Shown one piece after another: positions 36,284 through 48,265 of a DNA stretch of 64,000 bases. Position numbers and translations under genes: made by a program. Source of the DNA: Acidobacteriota bacterium (GTDB taxonomy: Bacteria > Acidobacteriota > UBA6911 > RPQK01 > JADFOI01). Where the stretch lies: positions 7,733 to 71,732 of the forward strand of contig JAYZCG010000009.1 of assembly GCA_036338435.1 (NCBI GenBank), in the 5' to 3' direction. The notes beneath the pieces were generated by a model. That model was not told where the DNA came from. It saw only the letters and a list, made by a program, of their open reading frames with translations, and did no database searches. Position 1 is the stretch's first letter; each line of letters begins with the position of its first letter.

Positions 36284-37342
36284 TTACAGCCCGTTGACAT
36301 CGTACTCTTTACGGTACTCTGGAGCCACGTAAATATAGCTTTGTTCGCGTATTCCATCTACGAATTCTTTTACCTGCGGCCCTGCTTTAACTTGGTATAG
36401 TTCCTGGGAAATCTCGGATCTTACCTCCTCTAACGGCCTCTGATAGGGTTCTTTCTTGCTAACGACCCTGAGAATCTGTAGTCCATATTCGGTTTCAATG
36501 ATCCCGCTAACTCCACCCACCTCCATCTTGAAAACAACATCCTCGATGGGTGCAGCCATAGAGCCCTGCTGGAAGCTGCCAATATTGCCCCCTCTGGAAG
36601 CACTGGGTCCTTCCGAATACTCTCTCGCCGTGTCTTCAAACGAACCTGGAGAGCTGAGTTTGGCGAGAGCCTCCTCGGCTCTCCTACGAAGCGCTGAAAT
36701 CTCCCGGCCCTCTTTCAGAAACAAAATTTCCTGCAACTCAATTTCAGCTCTCTCGGTAAAGCGACTAATATGCTCGTTGTAGTAGGCCTGGATTTCAGGG
36801 GTCAGAAGAATGATCTTCGAATATACGAATTGATTCAGTAAAGAGTCAATTATCATCCTCTCCGTCAGCGTCTCCCTGTATCTATCCAGTGAAGAACCTT
36901 GTTGACGAAGATATTGGTCTAAAACCTCCATATCGGGAATACCTGATGACTTTCTCATCTCTTCCAGCGTGGTACTCACCCTCACATCAATGTCAGATGT
37001 CATTCCAAATTCTTCAGCTCGTTGCACTAGCATCTTGTTCTGGATCATAACTCTCAATACGCCAGACTTCTGTTCTTGGAATTGATCTTCCAGGTCCTGC
37101 AGACTTGGATTGTCTTGCCGAAGAGTGGCTTTAAGCTCTTCAAGTTCACGATTTAACTCAATCATGGTTATGATTTCGTCGTTGACCTTGGCAACAATCT
37201 CATCCAGGAGAACGACCTCTTGGGCCCAGAGCGCCCCGCCCCATTGAGCCGTAACCGTAGTCAGGGCTAGGAGATTCACTGTCAAAAATCTACTGAATTT
37301 TTCCACTACTTTCGTCCCATTTGATGTCCAAATTATCATCAT
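36284..37342 (-). CDS. SurA-like peptidyl-prolyl isomerase/chaperone
   Basis: DEIVAKVNDEIIT SurA N-domain; FEDTAREYSEGPSASRGGNIG rotamase motif. Confidence 0.85.
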   Translation of the reverse strand: MMIIWTSNGTKVVEKFSRFLTVNLLALTTVTAQWGGALWAQEVVLLDEIVAKVNDEIITMIELNRELEELKATLRQDNPSLQDLEDQFQEQKSGVLRVMIQNKMLVQRAEEFGMTSDIDVRVSTTLEEMRKSSGIPDMEVLDQYLRQQGSSLDRYRETLTERMIIDSLLNQFVYSKIILLTPEIQAYYNEHISRFTERAEIELQEILFLKEGREISALRRRAEEALAKLSSPGSFEDTAREYSEGPSASRGGNIGSFQQGSMAAPIEDVVFKMEVGGVSGIIETEYGLQILRVVSKKEPYQRPLEEVRSEISQELYQVKAGPQVKEFVDGIREQSYIYVAPEYRKEYDVNGL

Positions 37343-38240
37343 GCACTTCGACGGAAACAGTCTCTAAGAGTTGCTCCATATACTGATCAAGGGCAATGCG
37401 TTCCTTGTCAGTGATTAGTTTGTCAAAGATTACTTCCTGAACTTCATAAAATTTTTGAGCATGGCGCTGAACCCATTCCTCCATCATAAAAATATGAAAA
37501 CCCTCTACAGAACGGAATACCGGACTGATTTCCCCAGGTGTGAGCGTAAATATTGTTTTCTCAAAATCCTCAGGAAGCTCTCCGCGCTCAAACATTCCCA
37601 AATCTCCACCCGATTCGGCTGTCAAGCCTTTGGAATATTCCTGTGCCAAATTCTTAAAGGTTTTGACATCACCAAAAATTAACTGGCTGCGGATTTCTTC
37701 CGCTTGATTCCGTTCGTCAAGTAACAACTCCAACACATGCGCTTGATCATTGATAATAAAATCTTTTTCATGGGCCCGGTAATAATTGTACATTTCCTGG
37801 TTGCTAATCGTGATCTTGTCCCCAACTTCCTGTTTGATAAACTTTTGAATTTTCAAAAGAGCTCTGACGCGTTCCTGTAAAGCTGGGGTTACCGACTGCC
37901 CTCCGGAAAACCAGTCGGCAAGTTGTTGCTGAACTTCTTCGTCGAGAACACTAACTCCTGCTTTATCTGCTTCCCTAAGTACAAGCTGCTCGGCCACCAT
38001 TTCTCGAAATAGTATATTCTTTCGAGAAATGGAGGAATCACTTTCCGGTTCGTCTGGATCCAGGGAAACAAAGTCCTCGAATTGTCGCTCACGAATAGGT
38101 TCTCCATTAATAACAGCGATCGTGGAGGACGTAGGCCCGACGGTCTGAGCCACGTCCTCCTGTTGACACGCTAACGCAGCAACAGCAATACATGCAAAAA
38201 CAATAGTACGTATAATAATCATGTTTTCGAAGTTGCTCAT
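37290..38240 (-). CDS. PpiC-type peptidyl-prolyl isomerase (lipoprotein-like)
   Basis: LAC lipobox-like signal, IAVINGEPI, and AQEYSKGLTAESGGDLGMFERGELP. Confidence 0.85.
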   Translation of the reverse strand: MSNFENMIIIRTIVFACIAVAALACQQEDVAQTVGPTSSTIAVINGEPIRERQFEDFVSLDPDEPESDSSISRKNILFREMVAEQLVLREADKAGVSVLDEEVQQQLADWFSGGQSVTPALQERVRALLKIQKFIKQEVGDKITISNQEMYNYYRAHEKDFIINDQAHVLELLLDERNQAEEIRSQLIFGDVKTFKNLAQEYSKGLTAESGGDLGMFERGELPEDFEKTIFTLTPGEISPVFRSVEGFHIFMMEEWVQRHAQKFYEVQEVIFDKLITDKERIALDQYMEQLLETVSVEVHDDNLDIKWDESSGKIQ

Positions 38241-41200
38241 TCTAGCACAGCGATCTCATCCAGGAGTGTGTGAATCTGTTTCACTAGTTCGTGGGAATCT
38301 CCCGAAGTTAATTCTGCAACCATAATGCCTTCTGGAGTCAAGGACAGTAATCGATCCCGTTGTACCAACTCGATAACATTACGTCGAGATACAGGGGTGT
38401 CCTCACGAAACTTCAAAAAGATTCTAGATCCCTTTTTCTCTAAAGAAGTGATACTTAGATCCTGGGTTCTTAGGCGTAGCTTCGCGCACTCAAACAAATT
38501 GTTGACAGAGCGTGGATATTTTCCAAAACGATCGACGATCTCTTCCTCGAGACCTATTAACCCAGCTTTGTGTTTCGTAGATGATATCCGTTTGTACAAC
38601 CAAAGACGCATACTGGCATCCATGATGTAGTCCTCAGGAATTTGTACATCTAGTCGAAGATCAATCGTGGTTTGGACTTCTTCTTGAACCTGTTCACCCT
38701 TCAATTCTCCCATGGCTTCATCTAGCAATTTTATGTACAACTCAAAACCTACAGCGTCAATTTGCCCATGTTGTTCCGCGCCCAAAAGATTTCCAGCGCC
38801 CCGAATCTCCAGGTCACGTGCGGCTATCCTAAACCCAGCTCCCAACTCACTAAATTCCTTGAGTGTAGCTAATCGGCGGTTTGCATCTCGAGTTAGTGTC
38901 TCCTCCGACGGTACCAGAAAATATGCATAAGCCCGACGATGTGACCGTCCCACCCGTCCCCTTAACTGATAAAGCTGTGCCAAACCAAAACGATCGGCTC
39001 TATTGACTATTAGCGTATTGGCACGAGGAATATCTAACCCATTTTCAATGATAGTGGTTGAGACGAGAAGGTCATATTGGTAATTCAGAAATCCAACCAT
39101 AACCTCCTCAAGCTGTTTTTCTCTCATTTGCCCATGGGCAACAGCCACTCGCACTCCTGGAACAATTTTCCTAATCTTGTTAGCAATCGAATCAATAGTC
39201 TCCACCGTATTGTGAAGAAAAAATACTTGCCCCTCCCGTTTTAGTTCTAGTTCAATGGCACTACGTATGATGTTTTCGCTGAATCTGATCACGACGGTTT
39301 GTATAGATAGGCGATCTCTGGGCGGGGTCTCAATGATAGAAATATCACGCAAACCCACAAGTGACATATTTAAGGTTCGAGGAATAGGAGTAGCGGAAAG
39401 AGACAATACATCGACTGATGGTTTCATTTGTTTAAACCGTTCCTTCTGGGCTACTCCAAAGCGCTGTTCTTCATCAACTACAATCAGCCCCAAATCACGA
39501 AATTCGACATCCTTTGATAGAAGTCGATGAGTTCCGATGAGCACATCCACTATCCCAGATTTTGCCCTTCGGAGTGTCTTTGACTGTTCCCTTAGGCTCT
39601 GAAAACGGCTGACCATTTCAATATTTACCGGAAAACCCTGAAAACGCTCTTTGAAAGTGCTGAGATGCTGAAAGACGAGAACCGTAGTAGGGGCCAACAC
39701 GGCCACTTGTTTGTTGCCATTAACGGCCTTGAAAGCCGCTCTCATCGCAATCTCAGTTTTCCCGTAGCCGACATCCCCACAAATGAGACGATCCATTGGT
39801 GACGTTGCTTCCATATCCGATTTCACATCCTGGATAGCTGCTAATTGATCGAATGTTTCATCATGTTCAAACACTTCATCAAACTCACAGCTCAAGATGT
39901 CATCGGGAGAAAAGGAATGTCCCTGGGCAAGTTCCCGGCGAGCATAGAGTTTGAGCAAGTCCCCAGCCAAATCACGCATTGATCTCCTAATGCGTTTTTT
40001 TGTTTTACTCCAAGAAGCGCCTCCTAACCTGTCGACACGCGGCGATGCATCACCCGCTCCGCTGTACTTGTGTACGAGATCCAGTCGATCGATAGGGAGA
40101 TATAGCTTAGCTCCATTCTGATATATAAGAACTACAAATTCTTTTTTCTCCCTGCCCACTCCAAGTTGCTTCAGCCCGCCGAATCTCCCAATACCATGAT
40201 CCAGATGAACGACGTAGCTGCCCTCCTTAAGATCCCGAAAATCGGACAGAAATTTTGAGGTTATCTCACTGTGGGTAGTCCTCCTGGTAACTGACTTGAG
40301 CTGGCTTTCTTCAAAAATATTGTCTTGAGTTAGAACGTGAAGCCCTAATTCAGCGGAGTAGAATCCCTCCGAAAGATTTCCTTGCAGAACCGAGATATTA
40401 TGTGACAGTGCCTGATCGATTCCACTCTTCACAAGATGTACCTGGACCTCATACTCACCCAAAAGATCAATGATGCGTTCGGCTATTCCCAAAGAATTGG
40501 TGACAAAAACAACTCTTTCTTGAGCCACCCGCCACTTCTCTACATCAGCCATAAAATCCTGAATTCTACCTTGATACTTGCGTTCTAACTGGAAATCAAA
40601 ACGGGAGATATCCTCATTGGAATCAATAATTTGAGCGACAGAAAACATCTTGTGTGTTGATAGTTCTTGACACAATGACGGAGCATCAAAAAATAGCTTA
40701 TCTGGAGGTAGGACAAGTCCTCCACTCGCATGTCTTTCCTGAAAAATCCCTCTTTGACGGATATGAAATAATTCAAGTTCTTCCAGAAAACTATCCAAGT
40801 GAGGTGCAATAACCGTACAATTCTGTACATCTGGGAAAAATTCTAAAAGACAATGAGTGTGATCTTTCACCAAGGGGAAGGCATATTCAAAACCATTGAA
40901 CAGTTCTCGGCTTCCGGTGAATTGCATCTTTTCCTGCAAAGCTGCAGCAAAACGGACCTCATTCCAGTACTCAGGAGCTTCCTCATGCCAGCGTAACACC
41001 TCGGAGTCGGTCAAAACCATCTCGCGCATAGGTACCACTTCACAAAAATCAATTCGTTTGATTGAACGCTGGGTGACCGGATCAAATTCTCGAATGGACT
41101 CAATTTCATCTCCAAAAAACTCAACTCGCACGGGATTACTTTGAGCGGGGGAAAAAATATCTAGGATTCCTCCCCTAACTGAATAGTCACCGACCTCACT

Positions 41201-41767
41201 GACTGGATCTTGCAACAAATAACCAGCCTGCACAATTTTATTGATCAAGTGATCCAGAGGCAAAAAGCTGCCCGATTCTAGATGAACGCAATGGCTCATA
41301 AAGTCCACAGGCGATGGCATCTTGGTTGCCATGGATGTCATAGGAACTACAACGAATCCCTTATATCCATTTAAAAGCTTCCAAAGAGCAGTGGACCGTT
41401 TTGATGCAATTGCCGGATGCGGGGAAAGATCTCGGTACGGATCTGTCTCGACACCGGGGAGGATGAGAATCTTGTCGCGCCTCCCCGGGGCCATGAAAAC
41501 GCTCAAATTAGCTGCTATCGTCTCAGCTTCTCGATTGTTGAGGCACAGCCAGAGATAAAGGCCGGGAGCTCGCCGAAAAAGTGAAGAAAAAACTAGGGTA
41601 GAATCAGGCCCGTGAAGACCCTCTAGAAGAGTAAACCCTTCCAGCTTGTCGGCCAACTGCTGGAAGATTGTCAAACTATCGTCCGCAAATCGATAAGTAC
41701 TTTTATCCTCGGACCTTTTGTATGATGCGTGATGTTGAGAATTCTTCTTCAAAATCGACTGAGACAA
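38237..41767 (-). CDS. mfd: Transcription-repair coupling factor
   Basis: VRGGILDIF, CarD-like domain, [33 protein letters not shown] and [12 protein letters not shown]. The true start may lie downstream of the ORF-track start. Confidence 0.97.
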   Translation of the reverse strand: MSQSILKKNSQHHASYKRSEDKSTYRFADDSLTIFQQLADKLEGFTLLEGLHGPDSTLVFSSLFRRAPGLYLWLCLNNREAETIAANLSVFMAPGRRDKILILPGVETDPYRDLSPHPAIASKRSTALWKLLNGYKGFVVVPMTSMATKMPSPVDFMSHCVHLESGSFLPLDHLINKIVQAGYLLQDPVSEVGDYSVRGGILDIFSPAQSNPVRVEFFGDEIESIREFDPVTQRSIKRIDFCEVVPMREMVLTDSEVLRWHEEAPEYWNEVRFAAALQEKMQFTGSRELFNGFEYAFPLVKDHTHCLLEFFPDVQNCTVIAPHLDSFLEELELFHIRQRGIFQERHASGGLVLPPDKLFFDAPSLCQELSTHKMFSVAQIIDSNEDISRFDFQLERKYQGRIQDFMADVEKWRVAQERVVFVTNSLGIAERIIDLLGEYEVQVHLVKSGIDQALSHNISVLQGNLSEGFYSAELGLHVLTQDNIFEESQLKSVTRRTTHSEITSKFLSDFRDLKEGSYVVHLDHGIGRFGGLKQLGVGREKKEFVVLIYQNGAKLYLPIDRLDLVHKYSGAGDASPRVDRLGGASWSKTKKRIRRSMRDLAGDLLKLYARRELAQGHSFSPDDILSCEFDEVFEHDETFDQLAAIQDVKSDMEATSPMDRLICGDVGYGKTEIAMRAAFKAVNGNKQVAVLAPTTVLVFQHLSTFKERFQGFPVNIEMVSRFQSLREQSKTLRRAKSGIVDVLIGTHRLLSKDVEFRDLGLIVVDEEQRFGVAQKERFKQMKPSVDVLSLSATPIPRTLNMSLVGLRDISIIETPPRDRLSIQTVVIRFSENIIRSAIELELKREGQVFFLHNTVETIDSIANKIRKIVPGVRVAVAHGQMREKQLEEVMVGFLNYQYDLLVSTTIIENGLDIPRANTLIVNRADRFGLAQLYQLRGRVGRSHRRAYAYFLVPSEETLTRDANRRLATLKEFSELGAGFRIAARDLEIRGAGNLLGAEQHGQIDAVGFELYIKLLDEAMGELKGEQVQEEVQTTIDLRLDVQIPEDYIMDASMRLWLYKRISSTKHKAGLIGLEEEIVDRFGKYPRSVNNLFECAKLRLRTQDLSITSLEKKGSRIFLKFREDTPVSRRNVIELVQRDRLLSLTPEGIMVAELTSGDSHELVKQIHTLLDEIAVLE

Positions 41768-42182
41768 CCCTTCCCTGATTTGCTTCCACCACTTGTCTCC
41801 CTAGGATCTCATCCACAGGCCAATCACCTCCCTTTACTAAAACTGTAGGCAATAGCTCCTCAATCAGATTTTCAGGGGTCTCCTCCTCAAATACAGTAAC
41901 AAAATCAACACAACTCAAAGCACCCATAATTTCCATTCTCTCCTTTTCAGAGAGAATGGGTCGAGCTTCTCCTTTAATGTGCCTGACCGACCTATCACTA
42001 TTAAGAGCTACGATCAGTACATCCCCTTGAATTCGGGCTTTCTCCAGATACCGTACATGCCCAGGATGGAGCAAATCAAAACATCCGTTGGTGAAAACGA
42101 CAGTTTTCCCGTCAGATTTGAGTCCCTCTACAATTTTCCGCAATGCCTGACGTGATTTGATCTTTGATTGAGCACTTCTCAT
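41703..42182 (-). CDS. rfaE2: D-glycero-beta-D-manno-heptose 1-phosphate adenylyltransferase
   Basis: [26 protein letters not shown] and LVKGGDW. Confidence 0.9.
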   Translation of the reverse strand: MRSAQSKIKSRQALRKIVEGLKSDGKTVVFTNGCFDLLHPGHVRYLEKARIQGDVLIVALNSDRSVRHIKGEARPILSEKERMEIMGALSCVDFVTVFEEETPENLIEELLPTVLVKGGDWPVDEILGRQVVEANQGRVVSVDFEEEFSTSRIIQKVRG

Positions 42183-42330
42183 TTTTAAAACAGAAAAAAC
42201 AAAATATAAGAAAAATACAAATACCGGAAATCAGATTCTACAACCAACATGCAAAGTTTGGCCTCCATGTTAGTTGTCAACTGGGAAAGATCTACTTCAC
42301 AAGTTGGCGTCACTGAAAATAGATGCCTCA

Positions 42331-43689
42331 TTAATTAAGCTCTTTATCACCCAGTTTTTCCTCAAACTGAAACGCAATGGCTTCTGCATGATGTCTAATT
42401 TCCTTTTCTCTTTCCCCCTCCACCATAACCCGTACTAATCGTTCCGTTCCCGAGTAACGAACCAACACCCTTCCCGTTTTACCCAATCTCTTCTCAGCCA
42501 TCTTAATCTCATGCTGGATCCCCGGAATCTGTGAGAAGTCTTTCTTTTCCTTGATTGGGACATTAAGAATGATCTGCGGCAGTTTCCAGAAACCGTCTAC
42601 TAACTCTCCTAACGATCTTCCTTCCCGAATCATGATGTCAGCCATTTTCAACGCCGTAATGATTCCATCACCGGCTAAAGAGTGTGCTCTCATAATGATG
42701 TGCCCAGAAGGCTCTCCTCCTAATACATGATTTTCCCGGAGCATCGTAGCCAACACATGCCGGTCCCCAACTTGGGTACGCACAATCCTCAAGTTTTCTC
42801 TTTCAAGAGCTATTTCTAAACCCTGATTTGCCATAACCGTTGTCACTACACATTGACTTGGTAACTCATTCATCTTTTGGAAAAACCGAGCTAGAACGTA
42901 TAGAATCTGATCACCGTCCAGTACATTGCCTTCCCCGTCACAAAAGACAGATCGATCGGAGTCTCCATCAAGTGCTACCCCCAGGGAGGCTTTGGTATCA
43001 ATGACTTTACGGATCATTTCGGTAGGACAAACTGCCCCACAATCTTCGTTAATATTGTGTCCATTCGGATTGACATTGAGAGGCACAACCTCAACTCCTA
43101 AATCCTCGAAAACATGAGCGGCAATGTGAAATGCCGCTCCATGAGCACAATCAATCACTATCTTCAAATGACTCAACGAGTCTACCGATGGCACAGACTT
43201 GAGAAATGAAATGTAACTATTGACCAATTCCTGGTCGAATGAACAGATTTCCGGTGGCTCAGTCTGTTCGGTAATTAGCGGCAAAGTGTCTAGATCAGAA
43301 TCAGCAACTACTGCCTGTTCAATCCATTTTTCTTCTTCATCAGTTAGCTTTAGTCCTTCATTGGAGAAAATCTTAATACCATTGTCCCCGAAGGGATTGT
43401 GTGAAGCAGAGATCATAATTCCGGCATCAAAATCTCTCTGACTGCAAAGAATTGCTATAGCTGGAGTGGTAATCACATTAGCCAAGGTAACCTCCCCACC
43501 CACACCCACGATAGCCTCTTCGAGAACTCGAGTGATCCAAGGTCCACTAATACGGGTATCACGGCCAATCAGGACCTTGCGTCTTCCCGAACGGACGATA
43601 GCCTTACCTAGTTTATAAATGGTAGCCACATCTATGGGCTCTTGACCGGCAACTCCGCGAATGCCATCTGTCCCAAACATCCTGCGCAT
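42331..43689 (-). CDS. glmM: Phosphoglucosamine mutase
   Basis: FGTDGIRG, ISASHNP, DGDSDR and GGEPSGH; start refined to 43689. Confidence 0.95.
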   Translation of the reverse strand: MRRMFGTDGIRGVAGQEPIDVATIYKLGKAIVRSGRRKVLIGRDTRISGPWITRVLEEAIVGVGGEVTLANVITTPAIAILCSQRDFDAGIMISASHNPFGDNGIKIFSNEGLKLTDEEEKWIEQAVVADSDLDTLPLITEQTEPPEICSFDQELVNSYISFLKSVPSVDSLSHLKIVIDCAHGAAFHIAAHVFEDLGVEVVPLNVNPNGHNINEDCGAVCPTEMIRKVIDTKASLGVALDGDSDRSVFCDGEGNVLDGDQILYVLARFFQKMNELPSQCVVTTVMANQGLEIALERENLRIVRTQVGDRHVLATMLRENHVLGGEPSGHIIMRAHSLAGDGIITALKMADIMIREGRSLGELVDGFWKLPQIILNVPIKEKKDFSQIPGIQHEIKMAEKRLGKTGRVLVRYSGTERLVRVMVEGEREKEIRHHAEAIAFQFEEKLGDKELN

Positions 43690-43690
43690 A

Positions 43691-44392
43691 TTACCTGCTA
43701 GGCATTCTTTGTTCTGGGGTAGAATCGGGTACGTTAATCGTTTTGTCTTCTTGCTCTTCTTCAATAGTTATGACTATGACGGTTGAAGGAGGATCAATCC
43801 GAACGCCACTACCGTAAGTGTCCATGGATACCTCCCGGACTATGGAAGAAGACAGGCCCTCTATATTTATCGGTTCGGCTTGAACTTCATTGACATTTAC
43901 CACACGGGACTCGGGCCCTCGTACTGTTACCACCTGAGTTTCAACACTGGTCACTTCGAAGCCATCAGCCGGATCTCCTAGAAGTTGTGGCGTCACCTTA
44001 ATCGTCTTTCCAATAGTCCTGTCTAATTGCAACCTAATGCGAGCTGGTGTGAAACCCAGCACATCTACATCATAGGGTCTATTGAGAATTCTCTCGGAAT
44101 TCAGGGGGAAAGACCGTTCAACACCTGGCTCAATTCCTCTCAAATCAACCACAACAGCTAGTTCCCTCTCATCGAAACTAGCTGTACTTCTAGCGCGGAT
44201 GACGACTTCAACTTCTCTTTCGTAGTCGTTTGTGATCTCCATTTCTGAAGGTATATTCACAAATTCGACTGGAAGCAGGAGGGTTCTCTGAACCGGTTGA
44301 CCAGCAATCTGAAACCAAAGCAGGATTGCTAACAACAAGGAACCTACCTTGAGTTCTATATTACTGACCAACAGATCCTTTAAAATACTCAT
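43691..44392 (-). CDS. cdaR: CdaR/YbbR-like regulator of diadenylate cyclase
   Basis: N-terminal TM anchor (LKVGSLLLAILLWF), YbbR-like repeats, and position between cdaA and glmM. Confidence 0.8.
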   Translation of the reverse strand: MSILKDLLVSNIELKVGSLLLAILLWFQIAGQPVQRTLLLPVEFVNIPSEMEITNDYEREVEVVIRARSTASFDERELAVVVDLRGIEPGVERSFPLNSERILNRPYDVDVLGFTPARIRLQLDRTIGKTIKVTPQLLGDPADGFEVTSVETQVVTVRGPESRVVNVNEVQAEPINIEGLSSSIVREVSMDTYGSGVRIDPPSTVIVITIEEEQEDKTINVPDSTPEQRMPSR

Positions 44393-45228
44393 ACAGCCTC
44401 TTGTTGTTCCGTCTTTTCGTCCCCCCCTGCCTTAACTTTCACAACTCGTGTATCAGAATGAGTCATCTTTTGGAAAATCGTGAGTAGCCGATCCCTATCC
44501 AGACCTTGCATAATTTCTCCATCAACGACTGCTGAAATATCACCAGTTTCCTCGGAGACGACTACTACCAAAGCGTCACTCTCTTCAGTAATGCCGATAG
44601 CTGCTCGGTGCCGAGTTCCCAATTCCTTGCTCAGATAAGGATCCAAAGTCAGTGGCAAAAAGCAGGAGGCTGCGCTAATGCGATTCCCTTGAATGATCAC
44701 TGCTCCATCATGCAGCCGACTCTTGGGGCTAAAGATGGTCAGTAGGAGATCGTAAGTGAGAAATGCATCCAACTTAACCCCCCCCTCAATATGATTTCTG
44801 AGTCCAATTTCTCGCTCAATGACAATCAGGGCCCCGATCTTTTTGCTGGATAGGGTCGTGGCAGTTAGAATGATCTCGTCAAATCGTTCTGATGTTTTTC
44901 TCCCGGTCAACTTTTTAAAAAATAGAGGAGAAAAACGTCCTCTACCTATTTGTGCGAGCCCTCGACGAATTTCTGACTGAAAAATTACTATCAACGCAAA
45001 AATGACGTAGGTTAAAAAATTTGCGAATAACCACTCAATGGTTCTCAGACCCAGGAGCCTAATCACGACGTAAAATAAAGACAACGAGATGATGCCCAAT
45101 GTCATCTGCCAACCCCGGGTGCCCTTGATAAGCAGTAAGGTGTGATAGACGATAAAGGAAATCACCAGGATGTCAATGACATCCCTCAGTTGTAATTGCG
45201 TCAAGGTGGCAAAAAAATCGATCATCAT
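44389..45228 (-). CDS. cdaA: Diadenylate cyclase CdaA
   Basis: Three N-terminal TMs, FQSEIRRGL, LHDGAVII and LGTRHRAAIG; start refined to about 45228. Confidence 0.95.
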   Translation of the reverse strand: MMIDFFATLTQLQLRDVIDILVISFIVYHTLLLIKGTRGWQMTLGIISLSLFYVVIRLLGLRTIEWLFANFLTYVIFALIVIFQSEIRRGLAQIGRGRFSPLFFKKLTGRKTSERFDEIILTATTLSSKKIGALIVIEREIGLRNHIEGGVKLDAFLTYDLLLTIFSPKSRLHDGAVIIQGNRISAASCFLPLTLDPYLSKELGTRHRAAIGITEESDALVVVVSEETGDISAVVDGEIMQGLDRDRLLTIFQKMTHSDTRVVKVKAGGDEKTEQQEAV

Positions 45229-46064
45229 TGTAGTGATCCCTCTGTCGCAACAGCATCGGTGATCTGTGCCACTTGGCACATTTCTTCGACATCGTGTACT
45301 CTCACTATGTGTGCACCACGCATGATCGAGACAACAACCGAGGCTGCACTACCCAAAAGCCTATCCTGAACCGGAAGATCTAGGAGATCACCAATAAAAC
45401 TCTTCCGAGAAGTACCGACCACAATCGGCAAATTAAAGGAGTCCAAACGGGAGAGCTGATTCAAAATCTTGCAGTTATTCTCAAGTGTTTTCCCGAAACC
45501 AATACCTGGATCAATCATAATCTTTCCCTTCGAGATTCCACTTTTCATTGCCTTGTCAACGGCTATCTGTAGATCGGCTATAACCTCTTCTAGTATGTCC
45601 TTACTAGGAGCGATACGATGCATAGTTTGGGAAGTACCTCGCATATGCATCAGAATCACTCCGGCGTCCCACCTTCTAACAATTCCAGGTAGCTCGGAGT
45701 CAAATCGGAAAGCACTAATGTCATTAATGATGTCCGCTCCCTCTCTAAGAGCTTCTTCTGCCACTACCGCCCTGTATGTATCAATTGAGATCGGCAGCGA
45801 AACTACCTTACGTACTACTTCGAGTACTGGCAAAATACGGTCCAATTCTTCTTCCCCAGAAATTGGCTTGGCTCCGGGTCGGGAAGATGCACCACCCAAA
45901 TCCAGGATGTCTGCTCCGCTTTCAACTAACTCCAAACAGCGATCAATTGCCTGCGATGGTTCTAAGAATCGACCCCCGTCAAAGAAAGAATCCGGCGTCG
46001 CGTTCACCACACCCATAATGTGTGTGCGGCTTCCTAGCGACAGTTGCTTGTCCCGGGCCCGCAT
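45225..46064 (-). CDS. folP: Dihydropteroate synthase
   Basis: MGVVNATPDSFFDGG, ISIDT, IDPGIGFGK, GTSRKSF and VRVHDV. Confidence 0.96.
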   Translation of the reverse strand: MRARDKQLSLGSRTHIMGVVNATPDSFFDGGRFLEPSQAIDRCLELVESGADILDLGGASSRPGAKPISGEEELDRILPVLEVVRKVVSLPISIDTYRAVVAEEALREGADIINDISAFRFDSELPGIVRRWDAGVILMHMRGTSQTMHRIAPSKDILEEVIADLQIAVDKAMKSGISKGKIMIDPGIGFGKTLENNCKILNQLSRLDSFNLPIVVGTSRKSFIGDLLDLPVQDRLLGSAASVVVSIMRGAHIVRVHDVEEMCQVAQITDAVATEGSLQ

Positions 46065-46136
46065 GGTACAGGCTCTTCTCATATACGGTGGGTTTTCTTG
46101 AGTTAGAGCCGTTTGCACCACTTTCGCTCACTTTGA

Positions 46137-48089
46137 TTAGGCAGGAGCTGGACTGTCGTCAGGATGTGCCAGCGGAGAAATCACTTGCTTCTTTTCTTTC
46201 TGTTCTTTGTCCTTCCGTTTCGGCTCGAGCTGATCGGAATTGTCCGACCCGAGGTCTCTCTGGATTTTTTCTCCCTTAATAGTGGCTACGATTTCTTCGG
46301 AGTCGAGGGTTTCGTATTCCAAAAGGGCTTCCGCTAGACGAATTAAAGCCTCCCGTTGATCTTCCAGAATGGATTTGGCCTTGGTGCGACCCTCCAGAAC
46401 CAGCCTTTTTACTTCCTGGTCAATCTTAATGGCAGTCTCTTCACTGTAGTCTTGGTGCTGGGCAATCTCTCTACCTAGAAAGATCTGCTCCTCCTTCTTA
46501 CCAAAGGTTAAGGGACCCATCTCCTCGCTCATACCCCACTCGCAAACCATTTTTCGGGCACGATCCGTTACCCGCTCCAAATCGTTGGAAGCGCCCGTAG
46601 TACAACTCCCTAAAAAGATCTCTTCGGCACTCCTCCCGGCTAGCAAGATGGCGATCGAAGCTTCCATGTATTCTTTAGTGTAATTGTAAGTATCCTCTGC
46701 GGGGAGTTGCATGGTAACACCCAGAGCCCGCCCTCGTGGAATGATCGTAACTTTGTGTAACGGGTCCGCGTCCGGAAGTATATAAGCCACCAACGCATGT
46801 CCCGCCTCATGATAGGCGGTATTACGTTTCTCCTTGTCGCTCATAATCATGGACTTACGCTCTTTGCCCATCAACACCTTATCTTTGGCTTCCTCGAAGT
46901 CCACCATGGTAACTGATTGCCGGCTATACCGAGCTGCTATCAAAGCGGCCTCATTGACCAGATTGGCCAACTGAGCCCCCGAAAACCCAGGAGTACCTCT
47001 GGCTAAAATGGAGATGTCAACATCCTCCCCCAGCGTAACCTTTCGACTGTGCACTCTGATGATTCCTTCTCTTCCCTTAATGTCTGGCAAACTCACTACA
47101 ACTTCCCTATCGAAACGGCCGGGACGCAAAAGCGCAGGATCTAAAACATCCGGACGGTTGGTGGCGGCGATTAGAATAACTCCCTCGTTGGACTCAAACC
47201 CATCCATTTCCACCAGAAGCTGATTGAGCGTCTGCTCCCTCTCATCATGTCCCCCTCCCAGGCCAGCACCACGATGCCTTCCCACAGCATCTATTTCGTC
47301 AATAAAGATAATACATGGAGCATTCTTTTTTCCTTGTTCGAAAAGATCTCTTACGCGGCTTGCTCCTACACCCACGAACATCTCCACAAAATCAGATCCA
47401 CTTATGCTGAAGAAGGGGACATTGGCTTCTCCGGCGATAGCTCTAGCCAACAAAGTCTTTCCGGTCCCTGGAGGCCCCATCACTAGAACTCCCTTGGGTA
47501 TTCTCCCACCCAACTTCTGAAATTTCTGTGGCTCCTTCAAAAATTCAACGATCTCCTCAAGCTCTTCCTTGGCTTCCTCTACACCAGCTACGTCCTCAAA
47601 TGTCACTTTTTCCTGTTGATTAGTGGAAAGCTTGGCACGGCTTTTACCAAATGAAAGCGCCTTATTACCACCACTTTGCATCTGTCGCATCAGGAAAATC
47701 CAGAAACCCACGAACAGAATGATAGGGAACCAGGAAGTAAGGAGCATATAAAATATAGAGCCTCCATCATCATCACTTACTTTAACGATGATCTCCTTTT
47801 CATTAAGGGTGTTGGCAATAGTCTCTTCAGATCCCTTTGGTATTACCGCTCTGAAACGCTGTTCTCTATCATTGGCGTCAATGTATTTACCTTCGACTTC
47901 ATTGTTGGTTAATATAACTGGATCACTGGGATAGCTCCGGATCTTGTTATCCTTTACCATGGAGGTAAACTCGGAATAATTGACCTCCTCAACATTTTCA
48001 CTACGCACCGTGTTGAGAAAATTCCAGAGAACTGCGACGGCGACAATAATGACAATCCAGAAGAAGACGTTTTTGGCAGTGGCGTTCAA
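46137..48089 (-). CDS. ftsH: ATP-dependent zinc metalloprotease FtsH
   Basis: [23 protein letters not shown] and HEAGH. Confidence 0.98.
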   Translation of the reverse strand: MNATAKNVFFWIVIIVAVAVLWNFLNTVRSENVEEVNYSEFTSMVKDNKIRSYPSDPVILTNNEVEGKYIDANDREQRFRAVIPKGSEETIANTLNEKEIIVKVSDDDGGSIFYMLLTSWFPIILFVGFWIFLMRQMQSGGNKALSFGKSRAKLSTNQQEKVTFEDVAGVEEAKEELEEIVEFLKEPQKFQKLGGRIPKGVLVMGPPGTGKTLLARAIAGEANVPFFSISGSDFVEMFVGVGASRVRDLFEQGKKNAPCIIFIDEIDAVGRHRGAGLGGGHDEREQTLNQLLVEMDGFESNEGVILIAATNRPDVLDPALLRPGRFDREVVVSLPDIKGREGIIRVHSRKVTLGEDVDISILARGTPGFSGAQLANLVNEAALIAARYSRQSVTMVDFEEAKDKVLMGKERKSMIMSDKEKRNTAYHEAGHALVAYILPDADPLHKVTIIPRGRALGVTMQLPAEDTYNYTKEYMEASIAILLAGRSAEEIFLGSCTTGASNDLERVTDRARKMVCEWGMSEEMGPLTFGKKEEQIFLGREIAQHQDYSEETAIKIDQEVKRLVLEGRTKAKSILEDQREALIRLAEALLEYETLDSEEIVATIKGEKIQRDLGSDNSDQLEPKRKDKEQKEKKQVISPLAHPDDSPAPA

Positions 48090-48265
48090 CTTTCGCTAGA
48101 CCTCCAGGCAAATTGATAATCCATACTCTCTAATTATAGGCTAAACTAGCCGGCCAGAACCAGATGAACTGACAGAACCCTCAACTTTTTCACGCTTTGG
48201 ACCTATTTTCGTTTCAATTTTAACTCAATTACCTCGACTGAATATCTCGCTAGAAAGACCGTACT

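Noticed and set aside
45469-46101. 210-aa plus-strand ORF
   Set aside because: Antisense shadow of folP.
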